DNA from: an uncultured Actinomycetota bacterium
GTDB taxonomy: Bacteria; Actinomycetota; Thermoleophilia; Solirubrobacterales; Solirubrobacteraceae
DNA length: 64,000 bases
Assembly (NCBI GenBank): GCA_963801435.1
Contig: CAWDFE010000029.1
Location: forward strand, 80,273-144,272
Reading direction: 5' to 3'
Shown: positions 1 through 9,860 of the stretch, in pieces
Layout: each line of letters begins with the position of its first letter
How positions within the stretch are numbered: position 1 is the first letter of the stretch
Program-made: the position numbers and the translations under genes
Notes under the pieces: generated by a model
What the model was told of the DNA's origin: nothing
The model's input: only the letters and a program-made list of their open reading frames with translations
Database searches by the model: none

Positions 1-489
1 CATGAGGTTTCTACGCCAGTTAGTGTAGCAACTTGTTCGATGGTTGTCGAACTAAGCTCGCCCACTGGCAACAACGCCTAGGACGACTGATTCGCCCGCA
101 GGCCAATGATTCCCGCCTGCCACGTAATTACGCAGGTGAATCCTCAATTCGAGGTGTTTCCAGACTAAGAACAACGACAAAGTGTGCCGAACGGCACGTA
201 TCGATCCCCCCCAGGTGGGGGGGTCAGAAGCCGCCGACTGTTCAGTTTGACCCGCCGGCCAGCGGTTTAGGTTCCGCTGGTCGCGTTCGCGATGTCGGGC
301 GTCCCTGATCAGTTTCGCGATGTCGGCGTCCCGAGTCCGGTGACGAGATCGTACCCGGGGTTCGGCCGAATATGCATCTTCGGTACAGCCTCCTGGGTCG
401 CTCTGAAGCGGCGCTCGCCCGGCCGAGCGCCGGAATCGCGGATCAGGTCTACCGCGACGCGGTGTATTCGAAACCCTAAGAGTCCTAAA

Positions 490-1418
490 TCTAGAAATAC
501 AGGCGCTCGATGGCGCTGTCGTCCGATTCGGGCTCGCAAACGTCTCCCGAGCCAGGTCGAGGAACGCGGCGACGGCAGGGGGGAGGCGGCGGCCCGGCCC
601 GCCAGGCGAGGGTGATGTCACGCCGCAGCGACGGATCCACGAGCCGCGACACGGCGACCTCGGCGCCGGGCGCTCGGCGTCCGAGCGCGGCAGGATCGAC
701 ACGCCGAAGCCGCGGGCAACGAGGCGGCGGATGCGCTGGCTCTCGTTGGACTCGAGCGTGACCCGGGGCTCGAAGCCGACCTGGCGGCCGGCGGCGAGCA
801 AAAGCTCACGCAGCCGGGCGCCGGCGCGGAAGCTGATGAACTGCTCCTCGGCCAGCTCGGCCATGCGCACCTTGGGGCGGCCGCTCAGCGGGTGGTCGAG
901 CGGCAGCAGAACCAGCGAGCTCCTCGGAGACGAGCTGATGCAGGCCGAGGCCGTGGGACTCGACGCGCTCGGTGACCGAAAGGAAGGCCAGGTCGAGCTC
1001 GTCGACGCGCAGCATCTCGGCCATCTCCTCGCTGGATCTGCTCGCGCACCGTCAGCCCCACTCCGGGATGGCGGTCGTGAAACAAGGCGAGGGGCAGCGA
1101 CAGGTCGACCGGGCCCATGGTGTGCATCGCCCCGATGGTGACGTGGCCGGTGTCCATCCCGCGCAGCGCCTGCAGCTCGGTGCCCGCGGCGTCGAGCTCG
1201 GCGAGCACCCGCCGCGCGCGCGCCACCAGCACGCCTGCCGGCCTCGGTCAGGCCACGTGGCGGGTCGTGCGCTCCACCAGCGGGAGCCCCACCTCGTCCT
1301 CGAGGCGGCGGATCTGCTGGGACAGGGCCGGCTGGGCGACGTGCTCGCGCGCGGCGGCGCGCGTGAAGTTCAGCTCCTCAGCCAGCGCGACGAGGTAGCG
1401 CAGCTGCCGCAGTTCCAT
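490..1418 (-). pseudogene. LysR-family transcriptional regulator with several frameshifts (or sequencing indels); 3' end approximate
   Basis: ATG at 1418 reads [40 protein letters not shown] (LysR HTH); substrate-binding pieces lie in ORFs 885-1232, 806-1024 and 52-870 in different frames. Confidence 0.85.
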
Positions 1419-1482
1419 AAGCGGGAATTATAAATCACTCCGACTCCACGTCTTGGACTTCTAGAGGAGGACGGGCCATCAT
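1417..1482 (+). promoter_or_regulatory. LysR box (ATAA-N7-TTAT) and divergent promoter candidate
   Basis: ATAAGCGGGAATTAT at 1417-1431 (T-N11-A dyad) overlaps the LysR start codon; TTGGAC at 1453-1458; CATCAT at 1477-1482. Confidence 0.6.
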
Positions 1483-1488
1483 TGTGAG

Positions 1489-1563
1489 CGCAGTACCTCT
1501 CCTCCCTCGAGCGCGCCCCGAGTCCGGCCTCATATCCCGCCGGTTCCGGGGCGCTCTCTCTTT
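1489..1563 (+). ncRNA. Candidate LysR-controlled small RNA (C/U-rich leader plus terminator-like hairpin)
   Basis: CCTCTCCTCCCTC tract, GC hairpin 1509-1556, then TCTCTTT; no convincing ORF follows the divergent promoter. Confidence 0.45.
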
Positions 1564-1583
1564 AAGCGCGCGACCCGGCGCGG

Positions 1584-2462
1584 TCAGCTCAGCCCGAGCA
1601 AACGCGCGGCGTTGTCCTTGAGCACCAGGGGCCGGACCTCGTCGCGGATGGGGAGCTTCTCGAAGTCAGACAGCCACCGGTCCGGCGTGATCAGGGGGAA
1701 GTCGGACCCGAACAGCATCTTGTCGCGCAGTCGGGTGTTGATGTACTGCACGAGGATGTCCGGGAAGTACTTGGGCGACCAGCCGCTCAGATCGATGTAC
1801 ACGTTGGGCTTGTGCACAGAGATGGCCAGGGCCTCCTCCTGCCAGGGAAAGGATGGGTGAGCCAGGATGATGTCCAGGCCCGGGAACTCGGCCGCCACGT
1901 CGTCGACCGCCATCGGGTTGGAGTACTTCAACCGCACCCCGCCCCCGCCGGGCATGCCGGCGCCGATGCCGGTGGTCCCGGAATGGAACAGGGCGATCAG
2001 CCCCGCCTGGGCGATCACGTCATACAGCGGGAACCACTCGGGATCGTTGGGCCAGAACGCCTGGGTGTTGGGGTGGAACTTGAACCCGCGCACCCCGGCG
2101 GCGATGAGTTCCTCGGCCTCGCGCACCGCCAGCTTGCCCTTGTGCGGATCCACCGAGCCGAACGGGATGAGCACATCGGGATTGGTGCGAGCCGCCTCGA
2201 GCACCTCCGAGCTGCCCAGGCGGTGGCGGCCCATGCCGGCCTCGTCGTCGACGTTGAAGATCACCGCCACCAGGTTGCGCTCCCGGTAGTACTCGGCGAC
2301 CTCCTGGGCTGACGGCTGGGGCGGATGGCCGCCGAAGTACCTGCCGGCCGCCTCCAGTATCTCCAGCGTGACCGGATCCTGGGGCTCGTCGTGGTTGCGC
2401 TCGGCGTGCACGTGCACGTCGATGGCCGCGACCCGCTCCAGATCGATCGAGGCGTTCGGCAT
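1584..2462 (-). CDS. Amidohydrolase-2 family protein (aryl-beta-ketoacyl-CoA hydrolase-like)
   Basis: IDVHVH, GFKFHP, LFHSG, LAHP and FGSDFP motifs; ATG at 2462. Confidence 0.9.
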   Translation of the reverse strand: MPNASIDLERVAAIDVHVHAERNHDEPQDPVTLEILEAAGRYFGGHPPQPSAQEVAEYYRERNLVAVIFNVDDEAGMGRHRLGSSEVLEAARTNPDVLIPFGSVDPHKGKLAVREAEELIAAGVRGFKFHPNTQAFWPNDPEWFPLYDVIAQAGLIALFHSGTTGIGAGMPGGGGVRLKYSNPMAVDDVAAEFPGLDIILAHPSFPWQEEALAISVHKPNVYIDLSGWSPKYFPDILVQYINTRLRDKMLFGSDFPLITPDRWLSDFEKLPIRDEVRPLVLKDNAARLLGLS

Positions 2463-2470
2463 CACCGGGC

Positions 2471-2941
2471 TCAGCCGTAGATCCGGACGAGCGACTCCGC
2501 CACCATCGCGGGCTTCTCGGAGCCCTTGACCTCCACGGTCACCTTGAGCTTCATCTGCTTGCCTCCGGGGACGTCGAAGACCTCCACGACCTCCGCGCCG
2601 CCGCGCCATTGCGCGCCCACGGGAAGGGGGGCGGGGAAACGGACGCGATCCAGGCCGTAGTTGACGCCCGTCTTGGCGTCCGAGACGGTGACCAGCTCGC
2701 CGGTGATCGGGGCCAGCAGCGACAGGGTGAGAAAGCCGTGGGCGATGGTGCCGCCGAATGGGGATTCCTTGGCGCGCTCGACGTCGACGTGGATGTACTG
2801 GTGATCGTCGGTCGCATCGGCGAACTGGTTGACGCGATCCTGCTCCATGAACCGCCATCCCGTGTATCCGGCGTGCTTGCCGACGAGGTCCTGGAGGCCG
2901 GCCAGATCGGTGACGAGGCCCGAAGTCTCTGAAGTGCTCAC
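2471..2941 (-). CDS. MaoC-family dehydratase
   Basis: FADATDDHQYIHVD...IAHGFLTLSL and NYGLDRVRFPAP motifs. Confidence 0.92.
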   Translation of the reverse strand: MSTSETSGLVTDLAGLQDLVGKHAGYTGWRFMEQDRVNQFADATDDHQYIHVDVERAKESPFGGTIAHGFLTLSLLAPITGELVTVSDAKTGVNYGLDRVRFPAPLPVGAQWRGGAEVVEVFDVPGGKQMKLKVTVEVKGSEKPAMVAESLVRIYG

Positions 2942-3242
2942 GATCGTCCTTTGCGCGTTGGTCTTTCCGTCCGGAATTCCTGGACGCCGGCCCCACGGCC
3001 GCCTGAGGTCGGTGAACGCTACCAGCGCGCTGAGGCCCCGCTCGGCAGGGCGCCGCCAGACCGCCGCGTAGTTCTCGCGGCCACCCGCGTGCCAACACTG
3101 AAGCGTCAGGACCGTGCCACCCGGTCCAACGGTTCCCGAGCGCGTGGCGCGGTGCGAGTCCCAGCGGACTGACGCCGCGACTGCCGCCGGGAGGTCCGAA
3201 GGTGGGACGTATACTGAGCCGACCCCTACGAGGAGCGACGCG

Positions 3243-3731
3243 GTGCAGGAAATGGTGATCTACGGCGTGAGCTTCGACATGGTCGGCAAGCAGCCGATCG
3301 TGCTGCTCAAGACCGTCGAGAGCAACAAGTTCCTGCCGATCTGGATCGGTCATCCAGAGGCGGCGGCCATCCTGATGAAGCTCCAGGGCGCCTCCACGCC
3401 GCGCCCCATGACCCACGACCTGCTGTCGGACATGCTCGGGGAGCTGGAGGTCGAATGCACCCGCGTGGCCGTCACCGAGCTGCGCGAGAACACCTTCTAC
3501 GCCTCGATCTCGCTGCGCGCCGGCGGGCGGGATCTGGAGATCGACTCGCGCCCCTCGGACGCCCTGGCTCTGGCCGTGCGCTCGGGCGCCCCGATCTTCG
3601 CCGCTGACGAGGTGATCACCGAGTCCGCCATCGAGTTCGAGCACGAGGTGGAGGACACCGAGGAGGTCGTTGAGAAGTTCAAGGACTTCCTGGACAAGGT
3701 GACGCCGGAGGACTTCGCCTCCGACGAGTAG
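3243..3731 (+). CDS. Bifunctional nuclease family protein (DUF151)
   Basis: LPIWIG..EA, RPMTHDL and DSRPSDALALA motifs; GTG at 3243 after GGAG. Confidence 0.92.
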   Translation: MQEMVIYGVSFDMVGKQPIVLLKTVESNKFLPIWIGHPEAAAILMKLQGASTPRPMTHDLLSDMLGELEVECTRVAVTELRENTFYASISLRAGGRDLEIDSRPSDALALAVRSGAPIFAADEVITESAIEFEHEVEDTEEVVEKFKDFLDKVTPEDFASDE

Positions 3732-3938
3732 GCGTGGGCCGGGCCGTTGGGTCGGCTGGACGGATGTCTCGTCGCCTCGGCGTGGTGCATACGGCCGCCG
3801 AGCGGACCGATCTCACACTCTGACGGTCGCCGGCGCGGTAGGCTGGCCCGCGCCCAGGCTGTCGTGACGGGGGTGTCGCGGGCGGCCGTCAAAGTCCAGA
3901 CCCGACGCCCGACCGGGGGCGGCGAAAGGTGAAAAGAG

Positions 3939-4835
3939 ATGACTGTGCGTGGTGCTTGCCGCCCGCGGCTGTGGCTGCGGGGTGGCGCGTTGCTGGTGGC
4001 TGCCGTTCTGACCCTCCCCATCGCCGGCGCGACGGCCAGGACGCCGAGCGCGCGCGACGTCAGGTCGGCGCGACGGCTGATGGGCGACCTCGCCCGCTTC
4101 TACCGGGCGGGCCTCGACACGCGCCGGCAGGCGAATGCCGCCGTGAACGCCTCGATCCAGATGATCAAGGGCACGTGCCCGAACGCGCTCCCCAACACGA
4201 GCTCCGGGCCCAAGCGCCGGCGGGCGGTGTCGATGCAGATGTTCACCGAGGCCGCCTATGACATCGCCCTCGTCGCGGCGCAACCCATCGACCACGCGGC
4301 GCTCGTGGAGGCGGCGGGCCTGGACCGACTCCACTTCAGCCGGCGCACCGCCAACCGCGACGCGCGCGAGATCTCGCGCGGGCAGCGGCTCACGGCGGCG
4401 CTGAAGACCTCGGACCTGTGCGGGGACCTCGAGGCCGCCGCAGCCAGCGGCTTCACCCGCGTGCCGCCCGCGACCCGGCACTTCCTGGCCGTGGTCAATC
4501 GCGTGTTCTCGATTCCCGCTCCGTCGTTCGATGGCCTTCAGAAGGACCTCGGGCCCTACCTGACCACCCGGCGCGACAAGGCCGCGGTCAGGCGGGTGCG
4601 TGACCTGGGGACGCGCTACACGGAGTTCGCCTTCACCCTGGGCCTGAACGCGGGGGGAAAGCTGGTCTCGGTGCTGACCGACACGCCGAACCCGCTGAGT
4701 GCTCAGGCCGCCACGACCGCCGCCGCCAACACGCGCTCCACGAGCGCGTCGAACGAGATCCCGGCCGCCTCGGCGGCGAGCGGCAGCAGGCTGGTCTCGG
4801 TGAGCCCCGGGATGGGGTTGGCCTCGAGCACATAA
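3939..4835 (+). CDS. Hypothetical secreted protein
   Basis: Signal-peptide-like N-terminus; GC3-rich codons; 3' end overlaps the convergent ddl. Confidence 0.6.
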   Translation: MTVRGACRPRLWLRGGALLVAAVLTLPIAGATARTPSARDVRSARRLMGDLARFYRAGLDTRRQANAAVNASIQMIKGTCPNALPNTSSGPKRRRAVSMQMFTEAAYDIALVAAQPIDHAALVEAAGLDRLHFSRRTANRDAREISRGQRLTAALKTSDLCGDLEAAAASGFTRVPPATRHFLAVVNRVFSIPAPSFDGLQKDLGPYLTTRRDKAAVRRVRDLGTRYTEFAFTLGLNAGGKLVSVLTDTPNPLSAQAATTAAANTRSTSASNEIPAASAASGSRLVSVSPGMGLASST

Positions 4836-5647
4836 AGCTCGCCGGTGGCCGTCTCCAGCATGAGGTCGACGCGGCCGAAGCCCGAGCAGCCGAGCAGCGC
4901 GTAGGTCTCCAGCGCGATCTCGCCCGCCCGCGCGGCCACCTCCTCGTCAAGCTCGGCGGGGCAGACGAACCGGGTGCGGCCGATCTCGTAGCGCGCCTCG
5001 AAGTCGTAGAAGTCCTCCTGCTCGGGCACGGCCTCGACGATCGGCAGCGCCACCGGCACGCCGTCCTGCTCGAGGATCGAGACCGCCAGCTCCCGGCCCT
5101 CCACGTAGCGCTCGAGCAGGACCTTGCGGTCATAGGAGAAGGCGGCCACGAGCGCGGTGGGGACGTCGGCCGCGGTCCGGGCGAACTTGATCCCCAGCGC
5201 CGACCCCTGGCGAGCGGGCTTGACCACGATGGGGAACTCCAGGCGGTCCTCGATCGCCGGCAGGGCCTGCGCGGCGCCCAACGCTCCCAGGGCGGTCTCG
5301 TTGAAGGCGTAGAAATCGGGCGTCGGGATCCCGCGATCGCGCATCGCGTGCTTGGCCAGCACCTTGTCCGAGGCGCGGATGCACGCCGAGATCCCCGATC
5401 CGGTGTGTGGAATCCCCACCACCTCGAGCAGCTCCTGCACGGTCCCGTCCTCGCCGTCGGATCCGTGCAACGCGACAAACGCCACGTCGGGCCCGTGGGT
5501 GGTCAGCTGGGTGACGAGGTCGGGCCCGACGTCGATGGGGATGGGCTCGTGACCCAGCCGCTCGAGCGCGTCCTGGACCCGGGCGCCCGACCGCAACGAC
5601 ACCTGGCGCTCCAGCGAGCGCCCGCCCTTGAGGACGGCCACGCGCAC
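4703..5647 (-). CDS. ddl: D-alanine--D-alanine ligase
   Basis: GGRSLERQVSLRSG, ALHGSDGEDG, VKPARQGS, GRVD and LEANPIPG motifs. Confidence 0.93.
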   Translation of the reverse strand: MRVAVLKGGRSLERQVSLRSGARVQDALERLGHEPIPIDVGPDLVTQLTTHGPDVAFVALHGSDGEDGTVQELLEVVGIPHTGSGISACIRASDKVLAKHAMRDRGIPTPDFYAFNETALGALGAAQALPAIEDRLEFPIVVKPARQGSALGIKFARTAADVPTALVAAFSYDRKVLLERYVEGRELAVSILEQDGVPVALPIVEAVPEQEDFYDFEARYEIGRTRFVCPAELDEEVAARAGEIALETYALLGCSGFGRVDLMLETATGELYVLEANPIPGLTETSLLPLAAEAAGISFDALVERVLAAAVVAA

Positions 5648-5651
5648 AGTC

Positions 5652-7181
5652 TCACCCCGCGCGCTTGTGCTTGGCGGGCAGCGGGAGGACCTTGGCCAGC
5701 TCCTCCTCCGTCCGCCGTCCCCGGTCCGGAGCGCCGTCCCCGCTCGCGTCCGCCGTCCGCTGCGCCGCCGCCACTCGCTCGGCGGCGATCCGGGCCGCGG
5801 CCGCGGTGACGTCGGACCGGGGGGCCGCCTCCTGTCGCGGCGGCTCGGAGACCGCCCGGGCCGCCCCGGTGAGCGTGCCGTACATCGCCACCTGCTCGCG
5901 GACGACCTCGCCGATGCGGCGGATGCCCTCGCGGATGGCGTCCTCGTCGACGCCCGAGAAGTTCAGGCGCATCGCCGATCCACCGCGTCCGTCGACGAAC
6001 GCCGCCCGGCCCGGGACGAACGCGACGTGCTCGCGTAGCGCCCGGGCGAGCAGGTCGGTGGTGTCGATGTAGTCGGGCATCGTGGCCCAGATGAACAGCC
6101 CACCCCGCGGATGGGTCCATTCGGCCTCGCGCGGGAAGTGCTCGGCCAGCGCGTCGAGCATCACGTCGCGGCGACGACGGTAGATCTCCAGCAGCGATCG
6201 GACGTAGTCGTCCCACGGGCCGGCGTCGAAGTAGGCGCTTACGAAGTACTGCGAGATCGACGACGAGCACAGGTCCGAGCCCTGCTTGCCGATCTGCATC
6301 TTCTGGAGGATTGGCGCCGGGGCCGCGGCCCAGCCCAGCCGGACCCCGGGCGAGAGGATCTTGGAGAACGTGCTGGCGTAGATGACGAACTCGTCGTCGA
6401 GCGAGTGCAGCGTCGGCAGCGCCTCGCCCTCGTAGCGCAGCAGCCCGTAGGGGTTGTCCTCGAGCACGATGAGCTCGCGCTCCCCGGCGATGCGCACCAG
6501 CTCGCGCCGGCGCTCCAGCGACATCGTCACGCCCGCGGGGTTGTGGAAGTTGGGGACCGTGTAGATGAACTTCGGCCTGCGCCCGGAGCGCTCCAGCTCG
6601 TCCAGCGTCGCCTCGAGCTCGTGCACGCGCATGCCGTCGCGGTCCATCGTCACCTGGACGACGTCGGCCTGGTAGGAGGAGAAGGTGGGGATGGCCCCCG
6701 GGTAGGTGGGAGCCTCGGCGACCACCACGTCGCCGGGGTCCACCAGCGTCTTGCACACCAGGTCGATGACCTGCTGTCCGCCGCTGGTGACGAGCACCTC
6801 GTCAGTGTCGATCTCCATGCCCTCGGCCGCCATCACACGGGCGATGCACTCCTTGACCCGGGCAAAGCCCTCGGTGGGCCCGTACTGCAGCGCCCGGGCG
6901 CACGACTCGCTGGCGATCGTGTTCATCAGCCCGGCGTAGGAGTCAGCGGGGAACGTCGATGTGTCCGGCATTCCGCCGGCCAGCGAGATCACGTCCTCGC
7001 GCTCGGTGAGCGCCATCAGGTCGCGCATGGCCGACGAGCGCATGACCTTCGTGCGCTGGGCGAACAGGGCCGCATAGCGCTGAATGTCCCGAGCGGTCGA
7101 CCTGCGGCGTGGGGCCGAGAGATGTGAGTTGCGGCCAGAGAGAACGGGGTCCGGCTCGCGCTCGAGCCCGCCGGGGCTCAC
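5652..7181 (-). CDS. PLP-dependent class I/II aminotransferase (LysN-like); start approximate
   Basis: ISLAGGMPD, LQYGPTEG, FHNPAG, EDNPYG and TFSKILSPGVRLG motifs. Confidence 0.9.
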   Translation of the reverse strand: MSPGGLEREPDPVLSGRNSHLSAPRRRSTARDIQRYAALFAQRTKVMRSSAMRDLMALTEREDVISLAGGMPDTSTFPADSYAGLMNTIASESCARALQYGPTEGFARVKECIARVMAAEGMEIDTDEVLVTSGGQQVIDLVCKTLVDPGDVVVAEAPTYPGAIPTFSSYQADVVQVTMDRDGMRVHELEATLDELERSGRRPKFIYTVPNFHNPAGVTMSLERRRELVRIAGERELIVLEDNPYGLLRYEGEALPTLHSLDDEFVIYASTFSKILSPGVRLGWAAAPAPILQKMQIGKQGSDLCSSSISQYFVSAYFDAGPWDDYVRSLLEIYRRRRDVMLDALAEHFPREAEWTHPRGGLFIWATMPDYIDTTDLLARALREHVAFVPGRAAFVDGRGGSAMRLNFSGVDEDAIREGIRRIGEVVREQVAMYGTLTGAARAVSEPPRQEAAPRSDVTAAAARIAAERVAAAQRTADASGDGAPDRGRRTEEELAKVLPLPAKHKRAG

Positions 7182-7224
7182 GCTTCCGTCTCGTCTATCG
7201 TCACCACGGTCACGGTACAGCACG

Positions 7225-7815
7225 GTGCACCTCGCCTTCGACATCTTCCAGGGGATCGGCATCGCCGCGGCGGTGGGCATCAGGCCGTTCTTGCCGGCAG
7301 TCGCAGTGGGCGCGCTGGGAGCCGCCGACGTCCAGATCAACTTCGACCACACTTCCTACTCTTTCCTGGAGCAGGCGCCATTCCTGCTGGTGATGGTCAT
7401 CGGTGTCGCTCTGCTGGCCGTCACCGAGCGTCAGGCGACGCGCCGGCAGCTGGAGGGCCGTTTCGTGGTCGCGGCCCTGGCCGTCATCAGCCTGGTGCTC
7501 GGGGCGCTCTTCTTCGCCGGGGCGTTGGCCCAGGACCGGCACACCGTGTGGCCGGGCTTCATCATCGGGGTTCTGTGCGCCGGCGTGGGCATCCTGGCGA
7601 CGCGCCCGTTGCTGGAGCGCGTCCGGACCCGTCTGGACCAGGAGACCGCCGCCATGCTGCCGCTGTTCTCCGAGAGCGGAGCGCTCCTGGCCGCCGTGCT
7701 GTCGGTGCTGTTGCCTCCCGTGGGCCTGGTGGTACTGCTGCTGTTGCTGTGGCTGCTGTTCGCCGGGCGCCGGCGCGGCGAGCAGAAGTACGCGGGACTG
7801 CGAATCCTCCGCTAG
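7225..7815 (+). CDS. Membrane protein (DUF4126-like)
   Basis: GIGIAAAVGIRPFLP N-terminus; several TM helices; ends KYAGLRILR. Confidence 0.7.
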   Translation: MHLAFDIFQGIGIAAAVGIRPFLPAVAVGALGAADVQINFDHTSYSFLEQAPFLLVMVIGVALLAVTERQATRRQLEGRFVVAALAVISLVLGALFFAGALAQDRHTVWPGFIIGVLCAGVGILATRPLLERVRTRLDQETAAMLPLFSESGALLAAVLSVLLPPVGLVVLLLLLWLLFAGRRRGEQKYAGLRILR

Positions 7816-7830
7816 ACGACGTCTGATCGC

Positions 7831-9316
7831 GTGGCCGCTGAGCCCAAGAAGCTCGTGCTCGTCGTCGTCGACGCGATGAAACCGGCGATGCTGGAGCGTG
7901 TCGTTGCCTCCGGTCGCGCGCCGGCGATGGCCCGCATCCAGCAGGAGGGGGTGTACGTCGGGGACTGCGTGGCCGCGTTTCCCTCGGTGACCCCGGTGTG
8001 CGCGGCGACGATCACCACCGGCGTCGGCCCCGACCGGCACCTGATCCCGAGCATGAACTGGTATCACCGTGAGGAGGGGCGCTACGTCGAGTACGGCTCG
8101 AGCTTCTCGGCCAGCCGGCAGTTCGGCGTACTGCGCTCGCTCACCGACACGGTCTACCGGATGAACGCCGAGCACCTGTCCCGCGACGTCGAGACGGTGT
8201 TCGAGTCCCTGGACGACGCCGAGGTCCGCACCGCCGGCACCACCTATCTGATCTATCGCGGCCGCCACGAGCACGAGGTCGCCAACGAGTCGGCGCTGGC
8301 ACGGATCGCCACCTCCACGTTCTTCCGGCGTACGATCGAGGGCCCCCTGGAGCTGTTCTACGCCGACCTGTACGCCTCGCGCCGGACCGGCTGCCGCGGC
8401 CAGCTCGGGCTGCCCGGAGCACGCGACCAGCACACCGGGTGCGTCGGCTCCTACCTGGTGGAGAACGACCTGTTCGACTTCCTGCTCTACTCGTTGCCCG
8501 ACAACGACGCGTTCTCGCACCGCAACGGCCCCCACGCCCAGGTGACGTCGCTGGCGGCGGCCGACCGCCAGCTCGAGCGGCTGATGCATGCCGCCGGCGG
8601 GCCCGACGAGTTCCTGGAGCAGTACGCGGTGATCGTCTGCTCCGACCATTCCCAGGCGCCGGTGGAGGAGCGCATTCGCCTGGACGTCGCGTTCGAGGAC
8701 TTCGAGGTGGCGCGGCCCAGCCCGTCGGGCTCGGCGGGCGCGCGAGCTCGCGCTCAGCCCCGCGCAGCGGTCGGCGATGATCTACGCGCTGGACCCTGAC
8801 GAGGCCCCGGACACGTGTGCGCGCGCGCGTGATGTGGCCGCGGAGCTCGAGGGCGTCGACCTCGTGATGTGGCGCCACGACGGCGAGGCGATCATCCGCA
8901 GCCGCCGTGGCGAGCTGCGTTTCGCCGCCGGGGGCGAGCTGGCGGACTCCCGGGGCGAGCGCTGGAGCGTGGACGGCGATCTCGCGGTGCTGCGGGCCGA
9001 GATCCAGGACGGGCGCCTCCTGTCCACCGAGTACCCCGACGCGCTGGGGCGGGTGTGGTCGTCACTGCACTGCCCCACCGCGGGGGACATCCTGCTGTCG
9101 GCGGCCCCGGGCTACGAATTCGTGGACTGGGGCGGGTCCGACCACGTCGGCGGCGGGTCCCACGGCTCGCTGCACCGCACGGATTCGCTGGGCGCACTCT
9201 TGTGGTGCGGTACCGGGCCGGATTCTCGTGCCGTTCGCGACCAATGGTCCCTGCGCGACATCGCGCCGATGATCCGGGCACACTTCGGTCTAGGATCCGC
9301 GCGCGGCGGGGATTAG
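7831..9316 (+). CDS. Alkaline phosphatase/nucleotide pyrophosphatase family protein, frameshift near 8750
   Basis: VVVDA, FPSVT, D..SH, SDHS in ORF 7831-8799; GGGSHGSLH in ORF 8777-9316. Confidence 0.85.
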
Positions 9317-9377
9317 TGGACGGTTAGTGCATGCAGACTCTTACGGCGATTCGATATCTGACGGCTACATTCACCCG

Positions 9378-9830
9378 ATGCCCGAAGAGCTGACCACGGC
9401 CGTTGAGCTGCCCTTCCGTCACCGTGTCCGTCACGGCGTCCGCAAGCCGGACAACTGGCTGCAGCTCATCCGCTTCGCCGCCGTTGGCGCCAGCGGGTAT
9501 GTCGTCAACCTGGCGGTGTTCGCGGTCTGCGTCCACCTCATCGGGATCGACTACAAGCTCGCCGCGGTGGTGGCGTTCGTGGTCTCGGTGCTCAACAATT
9601 TCTGGTGGAACCGCCACTGGACCTTCCGCGGGCGGCGCGAGGCGCATCCGGTCGAGCAGGCGGTCAAGTTCTTCGCGATCTCGCTGATCGCGTTCGGCTT
9701 CAGCTACGTGGTGCTGGTGTCGCTCGTCGACGGCGCCGGGCTGCCCAAGGTCGTGGCGCAGGCGATCTCGATCGCTGCCGCGACGCCGTTGTCGTTCGTG
9801 GGGCAGAAGCTGTGGAGCTTTAGGGCCTAA
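9378..9830 (+). CDS. GtrA-family flippase-like protein
   Basis: RFAAVGASG.VVN, NNFWWNRHWTF and QKLWSF motifs. Confidence 0.9.
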   Translation: MPEELTTAVELPFRHRVRHGVRKPDNWLQLIRFAAVGASGYVVNLAVFAVCVHLIGIDYKLAAVVAFVVSVLNNFWWNRHWTFRGRREAHPVEQAVKFFAISLIAFGFSYVVLVSLVDGAGLPKVVAQAISIAAATPLSFVGQKLWSFRA

Positions 9831-9860
9831 GGTCCCGTTTGCCCGCCAACGGGCCTCGTC

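Noticed and set aside
490-1418. Programmed frameshifting in the LysR (also the phosphatase and LuxR genes)
   Set aside because: Multiple scattered indels without clear slippery sites; sequencing error or decay is more likely
1489-1563. 6C RNA
   Set aside because: Only one hairpin and no pair of C6 loops
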